A stretch of DNA of 64,000 nt. Source: a virus. Numbering within the stretch: the first letter of the stretch is position 1; each line of letters begins with the position of its first letter. Shown here piece after piece: positions 49,234 through 58,687 of the stretch. The DNA is taken from IMG/VR virus record IMGVR_UViG_3300042475_005534, positions 1-64,000 of that record. One strand, written 5' to 3'. The position numbers were made by a program, and so were the translations under genes. Below the pieces are notes generated by a model. That model was not told where the DNA came from, ran no database searches, and worked only from the letters and a program-made list of their open reading frames with translations.

Positions 49234-49398
49234 TCAGTCATCGTCAGACTCTTCTGCGATGTCGATCTGTCGCTGAACCCAGTCCCAGTAGCCGAGACGG
49301 GTGTCGCCCTCAAGGGCTTCGTGGGCCCAGTCACTAGGCGGAAAGGCTGGGTGTTCACCCCAGTGGCCGCCGTAAAGGGAATCCAAATGGATAGTCAT
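49234..49398 (-). CDS. Small phage protein (54 aa)
   Basis: WGEHPAFPPSDW..E...GDTRLGYWDWV. Confidence 0.6.
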   Translation of the reverse strand: MTIHLDSLYGGHWGEHPAFPPSDWAHEALEGDTRLGYWDWVQRQIDIAEESDDD

Positions 49399-50138
49399 TG
49401 CGAAATGCGAGAACTGAGTGAATAAGGGAGGGGCTCACCGTGCAGCACAACAAACGTCAGTGGTGGACACAACGCTTCTCGTGCATCACAGGAGGTTCGC
49501 GCCAGGATGTGAGCAATCCCGGGCAGGGTGAGATGGCGACCTGGGATTGATCTGGGCCAAGCCAGGGCAAACCGGTAGGTAGCCAAGTGGTGTGGATCAT
49601 CAATGAGTTGATCCAGCCGAACTCTCCCCTGAAGAAGCAGGTAGAGATCGGTAGCCAGGAAACGCAGCGCCGCATGCAAGGCACCCAGGATCAAGGTCAT
49701 TGTCCAGGGCCTCGTAGTGAAATGCGGCTGCGATGAAGCCCCCGTATTCCGGGTGCTCAGGGAGGGGATCTCCCTCAAGGAGCCAGTCCCGTTCAGGGAT
49801 CGGCTTTCCGTCGTGGTGGAAGGGTGCATACCAGGTGCCTTCATGGAGGGACCATCCAGCAGAACGTCGCACACGGGCGACAGGGCTCAGAAGTAAGACA
49901 AGTCTGTCAAGGATGTTGATCATTGGGATAAGTGGCACAGGCTAGGGTCTGGGAAGGTGACAACGCTCGTCAGCAATCACAACAACGCACGGACCATAGG
50001 CCCGCTCGTGTTGTCTTGCAAGCCGTGCGAGGTCTCTGGCAGTGCCATTGGCCTCGAGGAAGGGTTGCTTTTTGTTGGGCTCGTAGATCTTGAGGGTCAT
50101 GATGAGTCAGGAGGGGTGAGTGGAGGGAAGGAGTGGGA

Positions 50139-51536
50139 TCAGTTGGCGCCGATGCAGGCAGCAGTAGCGGCGAGGGCTGGCGGGGTGGACTGCTCCATCA
50201 AGGAGGCGACAGCCTTGGCCCAGATGGCAGCTTGCGCCCGGTCGTGTTGCACGCTGCCGTCAGTGCCGCAGTCGTGGGCCAACTCATGGACTAGGACCGA
50301 TAGGAAGGATTCCATCGATACCAGGGAGCAGCGGGAGACCCTGATTTTTCCAGTGGAGGCGTGATGGGTCCCGAGGATGGTGGGACTAGAGAAGTCGACG
50401 ATGCTGACGCGCCCGAGCAGGGGTGCCAACTCGAGCGCAAGTCCAGCGCCGCCGACCAATCCCATGCCACGCAGGTAGATCACCTGCTCGCTTTCTGTGA
50501 GATCAGCAATGGTGTAGGTCTGAGTGATGGCACCGACCTCGCTCTTTTTGATCTGATCAAGATCAAGGTCGCTGCCCTTGAAGAAATCACAGAGGAGCTT
50601 GGAGGAGAGGATTCCCATCCGTCCGTAGTGGCCGGCCTCCTTGTAGTCGGAGGCGGAGTGGACAGGGATGGCGGTGTCGCCATGGGCATCTCGGAAGAGT
50701 CCCTCGACGCAAGCGCGGAGGCCATGATCGGGAGTGGCGAACTCGTAGTAGCAGAGGTCTTGCTTGCCAGAAGCCAGGAGATCCAGGACTTGCTGGGCCA
50801 CGGATTCGGAGCCGATGCTGTCGGTGAATGCTTCTCGGCTCTCCTCGAAGTGGTTAAACAACTGCTCCCACAGCTTGACCCTGTTGTACTTGGCGTCATA
50901 GCTGTTGACCATGCGCCGGTCCCGATCGGTCGAGGCATGGAGAAAGTTGTAGCCGTACTGAAGGTTGTCATCGCCTTCCACCCAGATGCCTTTGACGTAG
51001 GACTGGCTGTGGAATTTGGGCTCCATCAGGACCTGGCCGCTGGTGGTCTTGATGGCTGTTGTGTCCTGGAAATCGAGGAAGCGATCACGGAAGGAACGCC
51101 ATTCGGCAAGAGTGATTTGGACTTCAACGACGAAATCCTCTGCGGCCCTAGGGAGATGACGGGTGCGGATGGTCAGAACGTCCTGGCCGAACTCCTTGGA
51201 TGGAGCAATGAGTGGCGTCCAGGATTCGTCACCATTGAGGAAGCGGATCTGACGACCAGCCCGGGCTAGAGCAAGGGCGCCGAGCTTGAGGCCTTCACCG
51301 AAGTGACCGCGCTGGGAGTCATCACCAGCCTTGGTGGTCTGGCCCATGAGCCAGACATTGCGCTGCAGCTTGGCGCCACTGCTACTGACACGCAAGTGGC
51401 GGCCGGTGTGACTGATGGAGAGCTCGTGGCCGATATCACGGGCATCGAGGGCGTTCTGGATGACTTCGCGAACACCCTCGTAGATGCCCCAGTCACTGAC
51501 GTATTCGGGGCTGATGGTGAGCTGAAATGTTGCCAT
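50139..51536 (-). CDS. GHKL-type ATPase with C-terminal HExxH motif
   Basis: WGIYEGVREVIQNALDA, GHFGEGLK, VLVHELAH. Confidence 0.75.
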   Translation of the reverse strand: MATFQLTISPEYVSDWGIYEGVREVIQNALDARDIGHELSISHTGRHLRVSSSGAKLQRNVWLMGQTTKAGDDSQRGHFGEGLKLGALALARAGRQIRFLNGDESWTPLIAPSKEFGQDVLTIRTRHLPRAAEDFVVEVQITLAEWRSFRDRFLDFQDTTAIKTTSGQVLMEPKFHSQSYVKGIWVEGDDNLQYGYNFLHASTDRDRRMVNSYDAKYNRVKLWEQLFNHFEESREAFTDSIGSESVAQQVLDLLASGKQDLCYYEFATPDHGLRACVEGLFRDAHGDTAIPVHSASDYKEAGHYGRMGILSSKLLCDFFKGSDLDLDQIKKSEVGAITQTYTIADLTESEQVIYLRGMGLVGGAGLALELAPLLGRVSIVDFSSPTILGTHHASTGKIRVSRCSLVSMESFLSVLVHELAHDCGTDGSVQHDRAQAAIWAKAVASLMEQSTPPALAATAACIGAN

Positions 51537-51574
51537 GAATGAAATGAGGTAGAGAGTTCAGGGATAAGGGGAAC

Positions 51575-51614
51575 TGCGCACCGAAACAGGCAGTGTGCAC
51601 TGCTGAGTGGGCCC
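51575..51614 (-). promoter_or_regulatory. Conserved leader hairpin motif, copy 2
   Basis: TCAGCAGTGCACAC, core at 51597-51606. Confidence 0.7.
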
Positions 51615-51656
51615 AACGAACTAGGAATCAGCGGCTCCGGGGAAAGCGCTGAATAC

Positions 51657-52088
51657 TCAAACCACTGAGCGCTGTGGGGGTGCTTCCTTGAAAAGATGTC
51701 TGTAGGCTCCTCGCGGCATGAGCCAATCTGTTCTCCATTCCCCATCGGAAGAGAAGGAGAAAGCGGGGCAGTGGTGGGCTATACGCAAGAGACAGAGACA
51801 GACGGCTAGGTCATAGGGTTTGTGCGCTGTTTTGCAGAAGTTGAATTCCCTATCAGCGCGACCAGGACTGAATGGGACATGAAAAGTCTCGTAGCCGTCC
51901 CCACCAGCACCGTTAAGTCGAATTTCCGACTTTGTTACAAGAGGAGGGAGATTGTTGTCGTATTCGGCCTGTAGAGCGATTCCCTGCTCCCCGCAGTACG
52001 AGACAATCTTGCGAGTATCTCTGCAGATTGCAGACCATTGATCAAGGGTAAAGTCTTTGGATTGCTGCCAGTAATGTGTGTAGCCCAT
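51657..52088 (-). CDS. Conserved phage hypothetical protein
   Basis: MGYTHYW...FNFCKTAHKPYDLAV...SSDG. Confidence 0.7.
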   Translation of the reverse strand: MGYTHYWQQSKDFTLDQWSAICRDTRKIVSYCGEQGIALQAEYDNNLPPLVTKSEIRLNGAGGDGYETFHVPFSPGRADREFNFCKTAHKPYDLAVCLCLLRIAHHCPAFSFSSDGEWRTDWLMPRGAYRHLFKEAPPQRSVV

Positions 52089-52156
52089 TTGATAGTGGGT
52101 GCAGGTGGAAATAGAAGGAGAAGGGCCGCCAAGCGCGGCCCCGTTGGCGGAAGCGA

Positions 52157-53245
52157 TCAGGCATGGACCAGTTCGCGGGCGACTTCATTGGCCCGCTTGA
52201 TGACACCAGCGCCGGTGCCGAAGAGGGCCGAGTGGATGCGGCGCTTGCCGGCGCCTTGGGTCTTGCCGGAGGATTCGACTTCGGTGACGGCATTGAGGCC
52301 CCAGTAGAGGGTGCCTGCAACGCCCGGGATGTCACGGCCGAGGCCGTAATTCCAGGCGTGCTCGAGCTTGGCCCACTTGCGGGGCATGTCTTCGATGGAG
52401 CCAGGGCGGGTGTCGCCGTTGTCCATGCGGACAGATGGGATTTGCTTTTCGTAGACCTGCTCAAGGAAGTGCCGGTAGAGATCGGTGGTCATGGGCACCT
52501 CCCGCATGGCGCGGTACTCATCGACGACCTGGGCAAAGCTCTGGCGAGCAATGTCGATACTGGAGAGGATGCGATCGATTTGGGCCACATCGTTCTCGGT
52601 GTGCTTGATGGTGAACTGCCGGCCGTGGCGGTTAGCGTCGTTCATGGCGTAGCCGAGGGTGTTCAAACAGACGACCCTGGTGTCAGTGAAGATCCCTCCG
52701 AAGGCAGTGCTGCCGTCGTGGCCGAGGTAGCCGACGATGTTGCGGTAGACCTTGTCACCAGGGATGACCTGCTGGTCAGTGCCGCGGATCTTGGCAGTGA
52801 AGGCCACCTTGGCACCCTCGCGCAGGACGATCACAGCATCCATGTCGCATTCTTCCCGTAGGGCAGAAGCGAAATCCAGCAGGCGCTGGTTGGGGATGAT
52901 CTTGTAATCGGGGCTGGCGGTGCCGAGGATCTTGCGGGTGTCGGGACGCCAGATGGCAACACGGCTGTCCGCCATGCTGATCAGGTGCTGATACGCGGCC
53001 TGGTGGATGGCTTCTCCACGCTCTTGCGGGGTAGAGAAGGGCTGGTCAGCCGCCAGGGCAATGGCATCGAGGAGCTCAGGATTGCTGAGGTCGCCGGCCC
53101 AGAGCTGGAGCTTCTCCACAGGGAAGAGAGCTCCGTAGCGACGGAAGGCGTCAGGGGCGGGCATGGTGCCTTCGATGACGTCGCCTTCGGGGTGCCAGGC
53201 GGCAGTGCCGTGCATGAAGACTGCAGAAGTGACTTCGTGTGCCAT
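52157..53245 (-). CDS. DUF932-family protein
   Basis: MAHE...AWH, YKIIPNQ, HDGS, TRVVCLNTL, GTLYWGLNAVTE. Confidence 0.85.
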   Translation of the reverse strand: MAHEVTSAVFMHGTAAWHPEGDVIEGTMPAPDAFRRYGALFPVEKLQLWAGDLSNPELLDAIALAADQPFSTPQERGEAIHQAAYQHLISMADSRVAIWRPDTRKILGTASPDYKIIPNQRLLDFASALREECDMDAVIVLREGAKVAFTAKIRGTDQQVIPGDKVYRNIVGYLGHDGSTAFGGIFTDTRVVCLNTLGYAMNDANRHGRQFTIKHTENDVAQIDRILSSIDIARQSFAQVVDEYRAMREVPMTTDLYRHFLEQVYEKQIPSVRMDNGDTRPGSIEDMPRKWAKLEHAWNYGLGRDIPGVAGTLYWGLNAVTEVESSGKTQGAGKRRIHSALFGTGAGVIKRANEVARELVHA

Positions 53246-53288
53246 GGGATTTAAGAAATGGATGAGAAAGTGAAAGGAGAAGACGGGG

Positions 53289-53873
53289 CTAGCGGCTGGG
53301 GAGGGCCACTACCCCTTGCTGAAGGGATTGATTGATTTGGGCGATGGCTGCAACCATGTCGGCTTTGGAGCCGCCGATGTTTTCAGCTCTGACCTGGGCG
53401 ATGGATTCCCAGTCAGGACCGCAGACGCAGACATTGATGAACGTCGGCTTGCGGTTCTTGACTCGACCCTCACCCTTTGAGGTGATCAGCTTGACTGCCT
53501 GGGTAGTCAGATCAAGAACGAGCAGCGCCCCTAGAAGGCTTTTGATGGAGTTGGAAGTAGAAACCTGGCCAGGTTCTCTGTCCACGGGACGCTCATCAGC
53601 GGGCAGAAGCAGACGAAACGGCTGAGTAGGAGCACCAGAGATCATGCGTACCTCGAGGTAATCACGAGGGCCTGACTCGGTGTTCCCTGCTAGCTGGATC
53701 AAGCGGAGGGCAGTGATTGCCCCGCGGATCTCAGGGAAGATGACGTCCTTGCGGTCATACAGGTAGAAATTGGCTAGGGGGTCGATGCCGATGGTCATCG
53801 GCTGAGGAGGGGGAGGAGTGGGAGTCGCCCAGTGGGGTAGCTCGGGTGATTGAGTGGATAGAGAGGAAGTCAT
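53289..53873 (-). CDS. Hypothetical protein
   Basis: 194 aa from MTSSLS, downstream of motif copy 3. Confidence 0.55.
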   Translation of the reverse strand: MTSSLSTQSPELPHWATPTPPPPQPMTIGIDPLANFYLYDRKDVIFPEIRGAITALRLIQLAGNTESGPRDYLEVRMISGAPTQPFRLLLPADERPVDREPGQVSTSNSIKSLLGALLVLDLTTQAVKLITSKGEGRVKNRKPTFINVCVCGPDWESIAQVRAENIGGSKADMVAAIAQINQSLQQGVVALPSR

Positions 53874-53887
53874 GGGCAAATGAAATG

Positions 53888-53922
53888 AACGCAGCAGGTC
53901 GTGCGCACTGCTGAACAGGCGC
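53888..53922 (-). promoter_or_regulatory. Conserved leader hairpin motif, copy 3
   Basis: TCAGCAGTGCGCACGACCTGCTG, core at 53905-53914. Confidence 0.7.
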
Positions 53923-54703
53923 AAGAATTTGTCACATGGTCATGCCTTTGACGTCGTCCTCACTGAGTTCGACGCCTGCTGCCCTGTAATAGGGAATACA
54001 AGCAATAGCTGTAAGTTTCTGAGCGACGTCAGCTCGGCGTGCCTCGTTGACGACAGGCGAGATCAGCCTGTATATCATGCAGTAGCAGGAGGCAATTTCA
54101 CTTGCGATCCGGACGAGGGCAGCTGGAAGGGTTTGAGCCCCCTCCTCCCTGGCCCGCTTACGGGCGGTATGGGGATGGGGCGGTCGATGCCCGTTGCTGC
54201 CGTGTCCTAATTCCGCGGTAGGGAGACAGTCAGGATCTCCCCACCCGGCCTCAGGGTTAGGAGGGATCGAAGGCTCTTCCATTTGCTGCGGCTCATGGAA
54301 GTCCAATTCGAGGACAGAAGCACCGAGAGTTGGTTCGAAGCGGAGCTGGCTTTCGTCGAACTGAAATCCAGGTTTGATGATGTCTGAAATTGCGGGCGAG
54401 AAGACAGCGACGGACTGCCCGCCTGCGTTGGTGGGTTTATCGAAGTAGGAATAGTCCCAGCCGGGGATTTTGTAGCTGGGCTTGGGATGGGTTGTGACGG
54501 TGTGAATTGGCATTGGAGGGATGAAAGGAAAGAGCACATCGCGCTCAGCTGCTCAGGAGGGAGCAGGACTGATTCGCCGATGCGCTCAAATTGGTAGAGA
54601 GGGAAGAGGGTGATGAGTGCGCTTTTGGCCCGACCATTGATGGGCGTGATTAGCCCATCTCCGGTCGGGGTGTAACTCACTTGCAGCCATGGCGGCTGGA
54701 GCG

Positions 54704-55546
54704 TCACTTGATGGACCAGGTCTTCTTGCGAACGACCTCAGCGCCAGGGACTGCGTCTGATCTCAGGACGACCGCATGCGTTGCTGGGCCGTAAGCCGCT
54801 GAGAGGGAGCGGACTTCTTCGGGGGCTGGATTTTGCTTGATGCGTTCCTTGACAAGATTCTTGATTGGATAGGAATTAAGGGTTGGCAAGAGATAATCAC
54901 CTCCCGACACACCAGTGATGAGCTCAGCAATGAAATCACTGATTTCCTTGTGAAGCATGGGGCCTAAATCACCCTTGCCAGCAGGGACTTGGATGATGAT
55001 TTCGTGCCGGCACAAATCCGGCGGGACCTGCTGGTCATCCAGGATCTCGGTGGAGTCACTCTGACGTGAGCAGAGGTCGTAATCCGAAAGATGGAATTCC
55101 TTCTTGCCAGGGTGGAGGGCCGCCAAGGTTCGAACCAGGTAGCGGAGCAAGCGATCGGAATCGGCCTGGTCGCGATTGCTCTTCTCCTTGTAGGTCTCGA
55201 CCTGCTGCTTGAAGTAATCAGCACGGTTCTCCAGTGACTTAACAACAAAGGCCATTTGATTGACCTTGTCCAGCAATGACTGCTGGCTGGTATTGGCGCG
55301 TTGGAGGATAGAGGAGATGAGCTCTTCTGCAGTAGCTACCTCTTCGGGGTCCTCAGAGGAGAGCTGGGCGACGGCAATCGCAAGCTCGCCGTCAATCTCC
55401 TGGGCCTCCATGGCCAGATGGAAGAGGGATCTGCCATTGGCCTGAACAATGGGCTCAAAGGTGGTGGGCTTGGGTGGTGGAGCGACGGTCATAGGAGTGA
55501 GATGGAAGGATGGAGTGTCTGGCGGTATGCCCGACGTGGCGGTCAT
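54704..55546 (-). CDS. Siphovirus Gp157-like coiled-coil protein
   Basis: SLFHLA.E, DKV......VKSLE, ...D..QVP, VPGAEVV. Start uncertain. Confidence 0.55.
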   Translation of the reverse strand: MTATSGIPPDTPSFHLTPMTVAPPPKPTTFEPIVQANGRSLFHLAMEAQEIDGELAIAVAQLSSEDPEEVATAEELISSILQRANTSQQSLLDKVNQMAFVVKSLENRADYFKQQVETYKEKSNRDQADSDRLLRYLVRTLAALHPGKKEFHLSDYDLCSRQSDSTEILDDQQVPPDLCRHEIIIQVPAGKGDLGPMLHKEISDFIAELITGVSGGDYLLPTLNSYPIKNLVKERIKQNPAPEEVRSLSAAYGPATHAVVLRSDAVPGAEVVRKKTWSIK

Positions 55547-55554
55547 TGAAGCAG

Positions 55555-55580
55555 AAAAGCCCCGGCTTGCGCCAGGGCTC
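55555..55580 (-). terminator. Intrinsic terminator
   Basis: GAGCCCTGGC-GCAA-GCCGGGGCTTTT on the minus strand. Confidence 0.65.
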
Positions 55581-55605
55581 GTTGCTACCGAAACAGATGT
55601 TGGTC

Positions 55606-56025
55606 TTAGGCGGTTTGAGCCTCGCCGGAGTCGTCGGACTTGCTGGGAGCGTCAGTGATGTTGATCACTTTGGCTTGCTTCCTGGCGTCCTGCAGCTGCT
55701 TGAGCTGACAGGCACGCATGCCGACCTGGAGGGCGCTCAGCCGGTATGGCTTCCCTTCCTCCGGGGATTGGACGATCTTGGCGAAGTAGGTCACTCCGTT
55801 GATCTCGACGGACTCGGATGGATCATCCTCGCCAAACATCTCGATGGCGTGGTCGGACTTGAAGCCAACCTTGACGGCTGTCTCACGAACAGCGATGCCG
55901 TCCTTGCGGCCGGTCACGAAAGCCAGGGTGGCCTCAGTCCAGTTGGACTTTTCGGAGTTGTCGCTGTCGAGAATGTTGTACCAGCGAAGCTCGATGGGAA
56001 CGAGGGGAAGAGAGATTTGGGGCAT
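55606..56025 (-). CDS. Hypothetical protein
   Basis: 139 aa, downstream of motif copy 4. Confidence 0.6.
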   Translation of the reverse strand: MPQISLPLVPIELRWYNILDSDNSEKSNWTEATLAFVTGRKDGIAVRETAVKVGFKSDHAIEMFGEDDPSESVEINGVTYFAKIVQSPEEGKPYRLSALQVGMRACQLKQLQDARKQAKVINITDAPSKSDDSGEAQTA

Positions 56026-56052
56026 GATCAGAGGAAAGGGTAAAGGGACATT

Positions 56053-56093
56053 GGCCCGCTCAACAGGCAGTGTGCACTGCTGAGAAGGCTCAC
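56053..56093 (-). promoter_or_regulatory. Conserved leader hairpin motif, copy 4
   Basis: CTCAGCAGTGCACACTGCCTGTTGAG, core at 56074-56083. Confidence 0.7.
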
Positions 56094-56132
56094 AAAACAG
56101 GAACTAGACTGAGAGGGATCCAGGATCGAGTT

Positions 56133-56636
56133 ATGGGCATGAATCCGCTGAAATGGCTGGGTGGCATCGAGCAGAAGATGATCGATAAAGCCATTGCAGA
56201 CGAGATTGCCCATAGGACGTCGGGCGTGGCAAGGCAGGCCAACCTCGTCGGGAAGCTCTACAAGGACAATCCCGACAGAATGATCCAGGAGATTGCCGAT
56301 CGGGCCAGGGATGGATCTGGTAAGCAGATCGAGATGGGAGCGATTCGGAAGGACTTCAGCGAGATGGGGGAGAGCGACTTCGTGGCAAGGTATTCATCCC
56401 AGATGAAACGAGGAATGGGTGGACATGGCTCACTGGGGCCAAGGGAGCGCCTGAGCCACCAGTTCGCGAATAGTGCGCTTGTGCGGCGTGGCGCCTACCC
56501 AGCATTGGCCGCTGGCGGTGCAGTGGCCGGCGGTGCGGCCATGACTGAAGGCGCTCAGCAACTGATGGCTCTGATGGGCTTCATGCAGCAGGGGCAGCAA
56601 CAGGTCCAGCGGACTGAGGAGAGCCCACTGGCCTGA
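56133..56636 (+). CDS. Hypothetical protein
   Basis: Plus-strand island with TAGACT at 56105 upstream. Confidence 0.55.
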   Translation: MGMNPLKWLGGIEQKMIDKAIADEIAHRTSGVARQANLVGKLYKDNPDRMIQEIADRARDGSGKQIEMGAIRKDFSEMGESDFVARYSSQMKRGMGGHGSLGPRERLSHQFANSALVRRGAYPALAAGGAVAGGAAMTEGAQQLMALMGFMQQGQQQVQRTEESPLA

Positions 56637-56818
56637 TGCGATACGCAGGGGAGGAGACTGAGCTGGCGCAGTTGATCGAGGACGCCATGCGGCGCGATTT
56701 AGAGCTGGCCATTCTTCAGCACTCCCTGCTGGAGGGATTCCGCCGGAAGTTCGCAACTGAAGACCTGGCGGGCCTCCAGCTGCCTGGATGGGATGCACTA
56801 ATGCATGACATGGGGTAA
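56636..56818 (+). CDS. Hypothetical protein
   Basis: TGATG coupling, 60 aa. Confidence 0.45.
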   Translation: MRYAGEETELAQLIEDAMRRDLELAILQHSLLEGFRRKFATEDLAGLQLPGWDALMHDMG

Positions 56819-56845
56819 GTTGTCGGGCATTGCGCAACACACGTC

Positions 56846-57244
56846 ATGCAGTGCGAATGCGGTGGTGAGACAAAGGTGGCTCACACCTACAAGGGGGAAG
56901 ACGGGATACGAGTGAGAGCTAGGAAGTGCGACTGTTGCAGTCAAATGCTGTGGACGTCTCAACAGCCAGAGGAGGTGATCCCAGCTGAGCTGAGGCAGTG
57001 GACAGATGGGAAGCCATGCCGTGCGGCGGAGCCGAGACAGAAGGGGTCTCGCATGCCACCGACGATCGAGGAGTGGGAGGCCAATCCAGAGATGGCCTAT
57101 GGCCTCAAGGCTGACGAGTTGAGGACGCTGGCAAGGCTCAAGGGTTTAACTGGAGCATGGATGTTCAACAAGACTGAGTTGCTGGAGTTCCTGATGGAAG
57201 GAGCCTGGCAGACGGGCCTAGCGAGTGAGAACCACGCGCAATAG
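56846..57244 (+). CDS. NrdR-like zinc ribbon plus Rho-N-like helical domain
   Basis: MQCECGGETKV..T......VRARKCDCC and LKADELRTLARLKGL......KTELL. Confidence 0.55.
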   Translation: MQCECGGETKVAHTYKGEDGIRVRARKCDCCSQMLWTSQQPEEVIPAELRQWTDGKPCRAAEPRQKGSRMPPTIEEWEANPEMAYGLKADELRTLARLKGLTGAWMFNKTELLEFLMEGAWQTGLASENHAQ

Positions 57245-57395
57245 GGCCCTCCAAGGAAGAAGTCCTTGGCATCGTTAGCTGCTGCAACCCCGAGGTAGAG
57301 GAATAGGGCCGCAGAAATGGAGAGCCGGAGGCTTTTACCGAGCTTAGGTCGATGGAGAGAAGTCATGGGGTTGAGAAAGAAGTGAAGTGTGTTGG

Positions 57396-57827
57396 TCAGG
57401 AGGGCGGAAGACAGATCACACGAAAGCCGATGTAGTCGTCGGTATAGCCGGGCAGGTCAATGCCGCGGTGAGCCAAGCGGCGGTCTGAGGGGAGACTGTC
57501 CCAGCCGCCGCCGCGCAATACCGCCCGGCATGGTGCTTCTTCCTGGGGGAGGCACACCACGCGAAACCCGATGACGTCGTTGGCATAGCCGGGCTGGTCG
57601 CGGTAGCGGTAGACCGAGCGGCAGTTCCTGGGGAAGTTGAACCAGGAGCCACCGCGCATTGACAAGTCGCAGCGTGCGGTGGAGGCCCCTGGAGGGACGC
57701 ACACCACGCGGAAACCGATGTTGTCGATTGGCTCGCCGGGTTCTCCGGGAAAGCGATGGGCAGAGCGGCAATGCCTAAGGAAGAAGTCCCAGGGACCGCC
57801 GCGTAACGCCCGATTGGGGATCGTCAT
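57396..57827 (-). CDS. Protein made of three FGE/CLec C-terminal (DGR variable-region-like) modules
   Basis: MTIPNR...; 3 x RGG.W...CRS..R...GFRV(V/I)C; ATGA-coupled to the upstream ORF. Confidence 0.8.
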   Translation of the reverse strand: MTIPNRALRGGPWDFFLRHCRSAHRFPGEPGEPIDNIGFRVVCVPPGASTARCDLSMRGGSWFNFPRNCRSVYRYRDQPGYANDVIGFRVVCLPQEEAPCRAVLRGGGWDSLPSDRRLAHRGIDLPGYTDDYIGFRVICLPPS

Positions 57828-58276
57828 GGTGTCATCCCCCGCGGAAGACAGATCACACGAAAGCCGAGGTCGTAGTCGGCATAGTCGGGCGAATGGGAAA
57901 TGCCGCGACAGGTCGAGCGGCACCAGGGGTAGCTGAGCTGGGCGTGGGAGCCGCCGCGCATGGTTACCTGCGTGGGCTTGACCCCCAGAGGGAGGCACAC
58001 CACGCGGAAGCCCAAGCCGCTGCTGGCATAGCCGGGCTGGAAGCGTCCGAAGCCGCGGCAGGCCGAGCGGCAGAACCCGGGGTTGTTGCCCCAGGAGCCA
58101 CCGCGCAGTGGCGGTAGCATCCGAGGTGGTGCCACCTCCCGAGGGAGGCACACCACGCGGAAACCGACGAGATCGTCTTGGTAGTGCGGAGCGGCGCGTC
58201 GGTAGGACAAGCGTAAATACGCCTGTTGTTCCGTCCTGAAAAACCAAGTACCGCCGCGTTGCACTTGATACGTCAT
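57824..58276 (-). CDS. Protein made of three FGE/CLec C-terminal (DGR variable-region-like) modules
   Basis: 3 x RGG...GFRV(V/I)CLP. Confidence 0.8.
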   Translation of the reverse strand: MTYQVQRGGTWFFRTEQQAYLRLSYRRAAPHYQDDLVGFRVVCLPREVAPPRMLPPLRGGSWGNNPGFCRSACRGFGRFQPGYASSGLGFRVVCLPLGVKPTQVTMRGGSHAQLSYPWCRSTCRGISHSPDYADYDLGFRVICLPRGMTP

Positions 58277-58677
58277 GACCTGCTCAGCAGGAGGAGCAGG
58301 TCAGAGCGGCGAGCTCGGGAGACCTTGTTGCCGCGGTGCCCCCGCTCGCGAGCCAGGGCACGCAGCTGGGACACATTGAGGCTGAGGTCGATTCCATTGA
58401 GAGCGCAGCGGAAGGCTGTTAGCTCCGGGTCTTCTGTAATGGGCACAGAGAGAGTCATAGGAGGGATGGATTGGGGTTCAGGGGGAGTGAGGCCGAGGAG
58501 GTGGAGATGGAGGGCTGCTAGCTGCTGGCTGCGCTCTTCCAGGGCAAGACGCAGCTGGCCGCCGGCGGCGTAGGAGGCGTCGGCAAGATGCCAGAGCAGG
58601 GCAATAGCAATGCAGAAAAAAGGGGCGGCTTGATGCATGAAATGTCGAAGCCGGCCCCCAATCAGATCGGAATGCAT
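58273..58677 (-). CDS. Hypothetical protein with C-terminal Rho-N-like motif
   Basis: From MHSDLIGG; LNVSQLRALARERG.......RRSDLL. Confidence 0.5.
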   Translation of the reverse strand: MHSDLIGGRLRHFMHQAAPFFCIAIALLWHLADASYAAGGQLRLALEERSQQLAALHLHLLGLTPPEPQSIPPMTLSVPITEDPELTAFRCALNGIDLSLNVSQLRALARERGHRGNKVSRARRSDLLLLLSRS

Positions 58678-58687
58678 GGGCAGGGAA

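Larger units (their letters stand above)
48628..49246. repeat. 65-bp direct repeat pair
   Basis: 48628-48692 and 49182-49246 are near-identical (TTGAACTCAGAGG...GAGTCAGTCATCGTCA). Confidence 0.9.

Noticed and set aside
57828-58247. N-terminal 140 aa of the 283-aa ORF 57396-58247
   Set aside because: Out-of-frame overlap with 57824-58276; the ATGA-coupled start at 57827 is more plausible.
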